Positions 1-7,758 of a stretch of 64,000 bases of DNA are shown here, in pieces. The notes under the pieces are model-generated. The model saw nothing but the letters and a program-made list of their open reading frames with translations. It did no database searches and was not told where the DNA came from. Source of the stretch: Waddliaceae bacterium. Lineage in GTDB: Bacteria > Chlamydiota > Chlamydiia > Chlamydiales > SLFE01. Location: the NCBI GenBank assembly GCA_963783885.1, contig CAWAPJ010000001.1, positions 96,001-160,000 of the forward strand, written 5' to 3'. Made by a program: the position numbers and the translations under genes. Numbering within the stretch: the stretch's first letter is position 1; every line of letters begins with the position of its first letter.

Positions 1-2
1 AG

Positions 3-428
3 CAAAGTCAGATCGGAACGGTTATCGGCCCGGGAGGTTCGCAAATCCGCGATATTGTTGCTAAAACCGGCGTTCAAATCGACATCAATGACGACGGCCT
101 GATCAACCTGGCCTCTCCTGATAAGGAAGGTCTTGATAAAGCCATTGAAATCATCAAAGCCCTGACCGAGGAACCCGAAAAAGGAAAAACATATAAGGGA
201 ACGATAAAAAAAATCATGGATTTCGGTGTTTTTGTCGAAATCCTTCCCGGAAAAGAAGGACTCTGCCATATTTCCGAGTTTGACAGACAAAGAATCGACG
301 ACCTCAAAAAGCATGTTAAGGAAGGCGACCAGATCACAGTCAAAGTCCTGGAAATCAATCAACGGGGGCAAATCAAACTCAGCCGCAAGGCGACACTTGC
401 CGACCCTGCCAAACAAAGTAACAACTAA
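3..428 (+). CDS. pnp: Polyribonucleotide nucleotidyltransferase, 3' part (runs off window start)
   Basis: Frame from pos 3 reads QSQIGTVIGPGGSQIRDI (KH domain) then MDFGVFVEILPGKEGLCHISE...IKLSRKA (S1 domain). Confidence 0.95.
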   Translation, partial: QSQIGTVIGPGGSQIRDIVAKTGVQIDINDDGLINLASPDKEGLDKAIEIIKALTEEPEKGKTYKGTIKKIMDFGVFVEILPGKEGLCHISEFDRQRIDDLKKHVKEGDQITVKVLEINQRGQIKLSRKATLADPAKQSNN

Positions 429-431
429 AGT

Positions 432-493
432 GTCGCTTGCAAAACTCCGACAAAGCTAATTTTTCAGCTATTTAGTTGAGATTTGCAAGCGGC
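432..493. repeat. Imperfect palindrome (about 62 bp) just downstream of pnp; possible terminator or REP-like element
   Basis: gtcgcttgcaaaactc ... gagatttgcaagcggc arms with inner agct/agct. Confidence 0.6.
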
Positions 494-586
494 TCAAAAG
501 AATGAACTGTCCAGGATTTTCGATCTTGGACATTTTCTCAGTTATTTGGTATATCTTGGTTTCAAAGACACAACAAAGGTGATCCG

Positions 587-889
587 ATGAGAATTGATTA
601 TCTAAATTTTGAAATCAAAGGTAGCAAATATAAAATCCCAACAGCTTCACGTGCTAAAGGGCTCCATTTAACAAAAGATCAATGCCTTGTAAATATAGAA
701 ATCATCAAAAAGGCCCTAAAAGAATCCTCCAATCTCTCAAAACACCAAAGAATGAAGCTGCATCGACAAGTTGCCCTCTATCGCCGCATGATGAAAAACA
801 ATAACAACTTCCCAAAATTCAAACAGCAGACAAACGCGAAAGAAGAGCCTTCCTATCTGTCTTATCTGAATCCCTTCGAATATTTCTAG
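587..889 (+). CDS. Hypothetical basic protein, 100 aa
   Basis: ORF with AAAGGTG upstream; no recognisable motif. Confidence 0.55.
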   Translation: MRIDYLNFEIKGSKYKIPTASRAKGLHLTKDQCLVNIEIIKKALKESSNLSKHQRMKLHRQVALYRRMMKNNNNFPKFKQQTNAKEEPSYLSYLNPFEYF

Positions 890-1167
890 TGTCTAGTCTA
901 TAAAGTTCTTACAGAAAATTGGGTGGGATTTTTTATCCTGACGTTGCGTGGAGATCGAAGTAAACATAGTGATGTTAGTGAGATTGAACGCTTAGTCAGG
1001 GTAGAATAGATCTATAAATATTTTCTTTGAATTTTTCTCGTCATTTGTTATCGATGAAAAAATAAAGGGGAAAAAATGGCAAAATCGCTATTAAACGATC
1101 ACAGTTCAGGAACTAGTTACAGTTCAACAATTTACAAAACTTAAAAACCAAACAAACGGAGACAAAT

Positions 1168-2721
1168 ATGATGATGAGATCAAAAATTCTATTAACTTTT
1201 CTGACATTTGTCAGCTTGGCATCTCAGGTACAGGGGTATATGAATCCCGATCCAAACCATATCACAATTATAGATAATGGAAGAGTCATCGAGATGACTC
1301 CTAACGGATTTGACACTAATCAACCTTCCCAAGACACAATCAACCTTCAATGGGTGTTCGATACTTTTCCAAATGGCGATATCAGTCTAAGTGCCGGCAC
1401 ATTCCACATCAGCACCATGATTGAAGCCGTTAACTATCAAGGAAAAATTGAAGGAGCAGGGAAAGACTCCACTTTTCTCGTGGGACGAGGACCTCTTGTC
1501 GATGGAGATTATGTTTTTCCAGAACTCAATCAGGATTTTAAAACCAGACTCTACCCATCAGGCGTTCCCCATTTGATTTGGTTTCACCCATCGCAAGGGG
1601 CTGCCAATGATTGGGTTACAAATAAAGTGGATTTAGAAATCAAGGATTTGACAATTCGTCTGGATGGAGTCGGTCCCGCCATCACTTATTTTGGCGTTCC
1701 GGTAAGATCCATTTGGTCTCTTCTCATTATCACAGGAAGCAATGCCGTTATTACAGAGGCTTCCGGCAACGTTTCTCATGTTGACTTGGAGCTGAAAGAT
1801 GTTAACTTACAGGCTCAGGAAGTTTCCTACACTCTCAATGGAAACAATTTAAGCAATCCAAATGCTGCTGCCGGGGTACTTCTTTATGGAGGAGAAAACT
1901 GGGTCCCTTCAATTGGGTTGAATGGATATACTGAAATTGATCATGGGCCTGTCAATGCTGTAGTCGACATTCGCGATTGCACTTTCGACCTCTTCCACCA
2001 ATTCGCTATTGGAGTCGAGGCAACTTATACAACGAATCCGGGAACAGGATATACCTTCCCCGATAATCCCGTATTCCCCCCATCGGCTGTTTCAATCAGG
2101 GATAATACATTTAATGGAGTGGGCAGCAGCCTCGGAATTCCGGGATCATTCGGATTTAATACACTCGTCCTGTCCCCAAGCGAAACTACTATCACAATCA
2201 AAGACAATATATTAAATGACGTTGTGTCAAGCGGGATTGGTTTTTTGAGAGGAGTTGCTATTACGATTCCTGAACTCACCTCATTTGCTACAATTAAGGA
2301 TAATACAATCAACATGGTAGCCAACCCATTAAATGGAGCCGGCATCCGCTTGTTCGATTTCTCCTTTTTTGCTGGCACGCCGCTCATTGTATATGCGCAA
2401 GATAACATTCTAACGGGAGGCACCGGATATAATAAACCTCTGATTGAACATGCTATGGGTACTGCGGCAACCTTTGACGATAATAAGTTCTTCGGAGAAG
2501 CCCAATCGGGAATTTCGGCAGGGAATACGATTTCACCTCTGCCGCCAACTATTCCACTTCCCGTTGTTCAAGATACTATCTTCGACAATGATTTTGGCAA
2601 CTTGACTTCTTCAATTGCCAATATCATACTAGGGCCGGCATCCTCATACAATACAGTAACGGTTGAGAATGCCAGCGATGTTCTAAACCAGGGAGTCGGC
2701 AATACAGTTATTGTAGAGTAA
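1168..2721 (+). CDS. Secreted protein with probable right-handed beta-helix (pectin lyase-like) fold
   Basis: N-terminal signal peptide; DTINLQWVFD...ISLSAGTFHI...IEGAGKDSTFL start-of-helix motif; repeated IxDNxF/I turns. Confidence 0.7.
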   Translation: MMMRSKILLTFLTFVSLASQVQGYMNPDPNHITIIDNGRVIEMTPNGFDTNQPSQDTINLQWVFDTFPNGDISLSAGTFHISTMIEAVNYQGKIEGAGKDSTFLVGRGPLVDGDYVFPELNQDFKTRLYPSGVPHLIWFHPSQGAANDWVTNKVDLEIKDLTIRLDGVGPAITYFGVPVRSIWSLLIITGSNAVITEASGNVSHVDLELKDVNLQAQEVSYTLNGNNLSNPNAAAGVLLYGGENWVPSIGLNGYTEIDHGPVNAVVDIRDCTFDLFHQFAIGVEATYTTNPGTGYTFPDNPVFPPSAVSIRDNTFNGVGSSLGIPGSFGFNTLVLSPSETTITIKDNILNDVVSSGIGFLRGVAITIPELTSFATIKDNTINMVANPLNGAGIRLFDFSFFAGTPLIVYAQDNILTGGTGYNKPLIEHAMGTAATFDDNKFFGEAQSGISAGNTISPLPPTIPLPVVQDTIFDNDFGNLTSSIANIILGPASSYNTVTVENASDVLNQGVGNTVIVE

Positions 2722-2739
2722 CACTCTACGGTAAACCAA

Positions 2740-2774
2740 GGGCCGGCCCCTCAGGGTCGGCCTAGTTTATTTTA
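2740..2774 (+). terminator. Intrinsic terminator hairpin
   Basis: ggccggccc-ctca-gggtcggcc followed by T-rich tagtttatttt. Confidence 0.65.
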
Positions 2775-2865
2775 AAGGTCCGGCCAACACTGATCGTAGG
2801 AAAAGTCAAATTCATCTTCAAAACCGAGTCCGCGTTCCATCTTGAGTCTAAATCGCTTTCCTAAG

Positions 2866-3908
2866 ACCCTGATTGCTACCTAAACTTGTCGTTAAGGTCT
2901 TTCATTGAATTCAGATGCGTAGACTCGATTTGAAGGCAAGGGTAATCCTTTGCCGATAATCGAGGCTTAGCAGATGGATTCAATGAAAGATTTTAACGGC
3001 AATAGACTCATGTGATAATTCCTTAACCAAAAAAAGGAGTACATCATGGAAACTTATGCAATAACCGTTGATGTCATCAGCGAAGAAGTCCTTCGAATTT
3101 TAGGGGTTAAAGACGATCCTCAATCTCAAATGTCCAATGCAGAAGTTATAACTTTTGCAATTTTATCAGCAAAATATTTTTCTTGTAACTATAAAATATC
3201 CAGATATTTATGTAAGAGATTGCGATTATTCACAACTATTTTAAGCAATAGCCGACTTAACCGTTGAATCCATAAAATTCCCTGGACTTGTTGGAACGCT
3301 ATTTTCCGTTTTTTAGCTTTATTTTTTAAACAAATAAATAAAGATCAAGGTTTTGCTATAGATAGCTTTCCAGTTTCTTGCTGCCAGAAAAATAGAATCG
3401 ATAAACGGAAGATCTTTCTAGAGCGAAGGTTTTTTGGTTACGCAGCTTCTAAAAAGCGTTATTTTTGTGGCATAAAAGTTCATATGATTGTGACGAGTGA
3501 AGGCGAGCCGGTTGAAGTTCTTTTCAAGCCAGGAGCAGTAAGCGATGTAAAGGTACTCTGGGAGATGGAGTTGGACATACCGCCAGATTCTAAACTCTTA
3601 AGCAGATGGCGCCTATAATTGTTTTGATCTAGAGGACATCTTGCATGAAGAACAAATTACATTGCTTGCAAAACGGGGATGCAGAACGAAAAAACGGGTC
3701 CGAACACCTATTGAAGAGAGGGAAATCAGTAGCAAGCGACAAATTGTCGAAACGACGTTTAGCTGTATAACAAATCTTTTTCCTAGAACTTTTAAGGTCT
3801 GCACTGAACAAGGCTTTTTGATAAAAGTATTCTGTACAATTCTAGCCTATAGCGTTTCATTTTTATGCAATAGTAAGCTCTAGCTGAGGTTTAGGTAGCA
3901 ATCAGGGT
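2866..3908 (+). mobile_element. IS982-family element, copy 1 (defective)
   Basis: TIRs ACCCTGATTGCTACCTAAAC / GTTTAGGTAGCAATCAGGGT; 5-bp TSD CTAAG (2861-2865, 3909-3913). Confidence 0.92.
3046..3883 (+). pseudogene. IS982 transposase pseudogene
   Basis: Closely similar to 24118-24957 but has a TGA at 3265-3267 and a 1-nt insertion near 3598. Confidence 0.9.
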
Positions 3909-4079
3909 CTAAGGCAGCTCTATTACTTATTTGAGTCATATCTTCATCAGAAAGGTCAAAATCAAAAACATTGAAATTATCAGCAATGTGGCTTGGATTA
4001 GAACGGCTTTGTTCTCTAATCGCGCCGTTTTTAGTCAAACATTTTCTCTTCTCCATAAAGAATTTTGAAAAAAGTCTCT

Positions 4080-4240
4080 TTTATCGCCATAACACACTCC
4101 CTTGGTTCTCTCCGGGATCTACTTTGGAGAGCGGTTTTCTCTGCTCTCGTCCCAATATATTTTTCGAAATAAATCAGGGCAGGCTATGTTGCGTGCGGAG
4201 TCTAAAGCTCCAAACAAGGCCGCGCCTTGACCTGATTCAA
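4080..4240 (-). ncRNA. Predicted bridge/seek RNA of the IS110 element (target- and donor-binding loops); exact ends unknown
   Basis: Minus strand: stem-GGCCTTGTT-hairpin-ACGCAACA-stem matches the target; AAATATATT-hairpin-AGAGAAC matches the donor junction. Confidence 0.75.
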
Positions 4241-4299
4241 ATCGGTATGTGTTTCTGGCTTAAAAATTAACTTCTCTCCACCATTTATTCTGGCTTCAA

Positions 4300-4366
4300 G
4301 CTCTGCTTTCCTCTTTTTTCGGCCTCTCACCCGGACTTGAAGGCCGAAAAAAGAGGAAAGCAGAGC
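4300..4366. repeat. Perfect 26-bp inverted repeat right after the IS110 transposase stop codon
   Basis: gctctgctttcctcttttttcggcct / aggccgaaaaaagaggaaagcagagc with a 15-nt loop. Confidence 0.9.
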
Positions 4367-4375
4367 GGGGTAAAT

Positions 4376-5434
4376 TTAAGCTGCTACCGGTTCCTTTTTT
4401 ATACTCTCTTCCTTGCTGTCTCCGTACCGGAAGGGTTCGCGTTTCAAAAGCATCGCATGCATGATGACAGCCAGCTTCCTGCCGAGGGCAACTGTCGCCT
4501 TTTTGAAGCCCTTTTTTCTTTGAAGTTTCAACGCCCATGCCTTAGGTTTACACCAACTTCTAGTTCGGCTTAGCATCACAACTGCCGACTCCACTAACAA
4601 CGACCTGGTTTGTCTAGATCCGCACTTTGACACACGACCTAATCTTTGGGTCTCTCCTGAGGAGTACTGCCTTGGTGTTAGCCCCAAAAATGCAGCGACG
4701 TTCTTCGAGTTTTTGAAGCGGGTGTAATCACCAATCGCCACGAGATAGCTCAAGGACGTTAAAACCCCGATACCAGGAATTGTCATCAGCAGTTGGACAT
4801 CGGCGTTGTCTCGAGCTATCGACGAGATCTGTTTCTCGAGGTTGGTTATTTGTTCGGTTAAACATTCATATCCCTTTAAAAGTGCTTCGATAGCTGCTTG
4901 TACGGAGCTTATTTGATCTTGGATGCACTCCCGAACCAGCTTGATAAACAACAACTTTCCGGTTGTAGAAACAGTTAGTCCATAAGCTTTTAAAAAACCG
5001 CGAATTGCATTTTTTAGCTTTGTGCGCTCTTGAACCAGGGTGCTCCTTGACTGAAGGAGAACGCCTGTATCGACAAGCTCTTGGTTTTTGACGAACACCT
5101 CTTTGTAAAAGCCTCCTCGCATGGCATTAGCTATTCCCCGCGCATCATTGGTATCTGTCTTGTTGATGTTCATGGACAGAATCGAGGACATATGTCTTGC
5201 ATCCACGCATAGGACTGGGAGGCCGAGCTTTCTTAGCTCAGTAACCAACCAGTGGCTTAGGGAGCCTGTTTCAATCCCAATCTTATCGAGCTGAACCCCG
5301 GTTTTCAAAAGCTTCCGTTGGATTGATGAGGGGTCTGTTTTGGTATGTCCTTCATACACTACCTCTCCTTGGTGGTCTACGACACAAATAAAAGTCTCTT
5401 TCAAAGATACGTCTAATCCTACATAATGGTTCAT
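4376..5434 (-). CDS. IS110-family transposase/recombinase (DEDD)
   Basis: YVGLDVS, IGIETG, NKTDTNDA, IPGIG, GLTPRQYSSG (catalytic Ser), SKCGS, VALGRKLAVIMHAML. Confidence 0.96.
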   Translation of the reverse strand: MNHYVGLDVSLKETFICVVDHQGEVVYEGHTKTDPSSIQRKLLKTGVQLDKIGIETGSLSHWLVTELRKLGLPVLCVDARHMSSILSMNINKTDTNDARGIANAMRGGFYKEVFVKNQELVDTGVLLQSRSTLVQERTKLKNAIRGFLKAYGLTVSTTGKLLFIKLVRECIQDQISSVQAAIEALLKGYECLTEQITNLEKQISSIARDNADVQLLMTIPGIGVLTSLSYLVAIGDYTRFKNSKNVAAFLGLTPRQYSSGETQRLGRVSKCGSRQTRSLLVESAVVMLSRTRSWCKPKAWALKLQRKKGFKKATVALGRKLAVIMHAMLLKREPFRYGDSKEESIKKEPVAA

Positions 5435-5622
5435 GGCTGCTTCTCCTTTTTGGTTTTGGCCTTCGAGGCCGTGTTATTCCAATGGAGAGTTTATATAAAC
5501 TACTCCGCGGCGTTTTGCCAGAGAAGCAGCCTTTCGTTTAACTAAGCAGCGCGATTACAATATGTTGCGTAATTAACCACAGAGCTCACAAGAGCGCACA
5601 GAGAGAATATGAGAGATTTGAT

Positions 5623-6567
5623 TTAAGCTGCTATTAATTCACTTTCAGGCATTCCCAGCTTTGTCATTATATTTAGTGCTTCACATTTTGCCCTTGATTC
5701 AGCCCTTTGGGTTTCCAGAGTTCTACTTCTTAAATCATTTCCAAAGAATCGTTTAAATCTAAACATGGCTGTTTCTGCAAGTGATCGACGATGATAACCT
5801 TTCAACTTTTTCCATAATTTTCTTGCATCATCATCACCTCCTAAACCTGAAATTTCCAGCAAACTGATATTCCGCATCTTCCAAGAAGGAGATATGTTTT
5901 CTCGAAAAACAGCATTCCTATTGGGTGGAATAATAGGAATTGAGCCGTGAACTACATTTGCAGCATAGCATCGCTTAGTATCATAAGCCCCATCTCCATA
6001 TGTGCGCTTAACTGATTTCGGCATTACCTCGAGAAGTTTTGGATACACTTCACAATCTGCAACGTTATTTTCAGTAAGAATTTCGAAAATAATTTCGTGA
6101 GAGTCAGGGCAGACTGCCAGATGGAGCTTTCTCCATGTTCGCCTTTTACTGATTCCATGCTGCCTAACTTTCCATTCACCCTCTCCGTACACTTTCAAAC
6201 CGGTTGAATCGATTACAATATTGGTGACTTTTTTTTTCGAAAGTTTCTTCAACTCTTGCCCCAACAACTTAGCTCTCCGACAAATTTGAGTATAAGAAGG
6301 AATCGATAAACCAACAGATAAAATCATAACAAGAGATGTCAAAAATCCTTCGAGTGCTCTCAATGGAAGATGAAAAACCGATCGAATAATGAGCGCGGTG
6401 AGAATAGCGTCATCAGAATAGAGTTTTGGACGCCCCTTTTTTCCTATTTCTTTTGGAGCCATCCACTTATTGATAGCATCTTCAGAAAACCAAACAGTTA
6501 TGCTTCCCCTTTGAATAAGAGATTTGTTATAGTCGTTCCAGTTGCGAATGCGATATTTTGCCTTCAT
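5623..6567 (-). CDS. IS5-family transposase, IS903 subgroup
   Basis: NWNDYNKSLIQRGSITVW, IDSTGLKVYGEGEWKVRQHG, RRTWRKLHLAV, GDGAYDT, GYHRRSLAETAMFRFK. Confidence 0.95.
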   Translation of the reverse strand: MKAKYRIRNWNDYNKSLIQRGSITVWFSEDAINKWMAPKEIGKKGRPKLYSDDAILTALIIRSVFHLPLRALEGFLTSLVMILSVGLSIPSYTQICRRAKLLGQELKKLSKKKVTNIVIDSTGLKVYGEGEWKVRQHGISKRRTWRKLHLAVCPDSHEIIFEILTENNVADCEVYPKLLEVMPKSVKRTYGDGAYDTKRCYAANVVHGSIPIIPPNRNAVFRENISPSWKMRNISLLEISGLGGDDDARKLWKKLKGYHRRSLAETAMFRFKRFFGNDLRSRTLETQRAESRAKCEALNIMTKLGMPESELIAA

Positions 6568-6651
6568 CTTGATCCTCCAATTTGTTGCAACTAAAAATTA
6601 GAGTATTAGGTATTTGTCGGCAAGCTCGCATTCGCCCTTTTTGGAGAAAAG

Positions 6652-7059
6652 ATGACTAGTACCCACACAACTGAAGAAGCCAACCAAAAAAGAAATGACC
6701 TTTTAACAGGGGAAATCATAGGTGCTGCGATTGAAGTTCATCGAAGATTAGGTCCAGGCTTGCTTGAATCGACATACGAAACTTGTCTTTGCTACGAGTT
6801 GAACCTTGCGGGTTTGAAAGTTAACCGGCAGATACCAGTACCTATTATTTATCGTGATAAAAAGCTAGACTCAGGCTACCGGATCGATATGATAGTGGAA
6901 GATAAGGTTATTTTGGAGATAAAATCTGTGGCCAATCTCTTGCCTGTTCATGAGGCCCAACTTCTATCCTATCTTAAGCATAATGGCGGTGGCAGAGGTT
7001 TGCTCATCAATTTCAATGTAAAACTTCTAAAAAATGGGATTAGGCGTCTAATCATTTAA
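6652..7059 (+). CDS. GxxExxY protein (PD-(D/E)XK nuclease-like)
   Basis: IGAAIEVHRRLGPGLLESTYE, YRIDMIVEDKVILEIKS, HEAQLLSYL, GLLINF. Confidence 0.92.
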   Translation: MTSTHTTEEANQKRNDLLTGEIIGAAIEVHRRLGPGLLESTYETCLCYELNLAGLKVNRQIPVPIIYRDKKLDSGYRIDMIVEDKVILEIKSVANLLPVHEAQLLSYLKHNGGGRGLLINFNVKLLKNGIRRLII

Positions 7060-7758
7060 TTCCTCTCTCATAATCTCTCAGTGAGCTCGGTGGTCTCAGT
7101 GGTGATTTATGCAACAACGCCGATTAGAACTGCCGGGCAAGGGAATAACCTCTTTTTGAATGATCCAGCGCAATGCAACCTGCCCGGAGCTTTTGCCATA
7201 TTTCTTGCCAATTTCAACAAGCCCCGCATCATTAGCAAGTTTTCCCCGATTTAGTGGCCTCCATGCTTGTATTTTAATCTTATTTCTTTGGCAGAAAGAG
7301 ATTAAACTGTCATCGCAATAGTCGGGATGCATTTCATTCTGAACCCATGATATGGGAACACCCACATCAAAAGCTCGTCGAAGATGGTTGATTGTCACGT
7401 TGCTCATTCCGATTTCGCGAACTTTACCTTCTCTTTGTAATTTCTCCATTGTTGTGAGAGTTTCGGTAACGCTAGTTTGACTGTTCGGCCAAAGGTAATT
7501 GGTGATTTCTGAATAAGGTCATTTCCCAGATGTTATGGTGTTCATGATGACTCCTTTAGAAAAAAGAAAATTCTAAACACTCAACTTAAATTGGTCAATT
7601 TATTCGTCGATTTAGAAAGGGAGCCTGGGCAGTATTTCTTACCAGATCTCGAGGCAAGCTGGGCAGGATGTTGCTTCAGATTTGTTTTTAAATGCCCTCT
7701 GGCATTGTCTGATCGATAAGACGAGGGCATTTGAGGACGAAGATGGAGTGACAAACTG

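Larger units (their letters stand above)
4014..5566 (-). mobile_element. IS110-family element (IS1111-type: subterminal IRs, 3' non-coding region)
   Basis: Subterminal IRs TAATCGCGC (4017-4025) / GCGCGATTA (5549-5557); shared TGTT at both junctions (4010-4013, 5563-5566). Confidence 0.9.
4005..7121 (-). mobile_element. IS5-family (IS903 subgroup) element with GxxExxY passenger; left TIR interrupted by IS110
   Basis: 9-bp TSD GATTAGAAC (3996-4004, 7122-7130). Right TIR read inward GGCGTTGTTGCATAAATCACC; left TIR reconstituted as GGCTTTGTT|GCGTAATTAACC. Both resemble the IS903 IR GGCTTTGTTGAATAAATC. Confidence 0.9.
2772..7549 (-). pseudogene. Aldo/keto reductase, 5'-truncated and split by IS903-like and IS982 insertions
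   Basis: Removing the elements and one copy of each TSD gives a continuous frame: LWPNS...MEKLQREGKVREIGMSN...QVALRWIIQKEVIPLPGSSN|PSHIADNFNVFDFDLSDEDMTQISNRAAL|GKRFRLK...WPDL*. Confidence 0.85.

Noticed and set aside
4014-4038. Junction promoter formed on IS110 circularisation (TTGACT near the right end)
   Set aside because: The spacing to the best -10 candidate (TATTGT) across the junction is 23 nt, which is too long
4182-4194. GGCTATGTTGCGT taken as the true left TIR, with TATGTTGCGT as a 10-bp duplication around the IS110
   Set aside because: The 9-bp TSD abuts 4005 and the IS110 subterminal IR lies at 4017-4025, so this match is internal and better explained as the right target guide
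3971-4573. Short ORFs 3971-4270, 4296-4538 and 4337-4573
   Set aside because: They cross IS junctions, the guide RNA or the hairpin, and have no protein motifs
5576-5616. CRISPR-like array
   Set aside because: The repeats have a 9-10 bp period with no unique spacers, and there are no cas genes in the window
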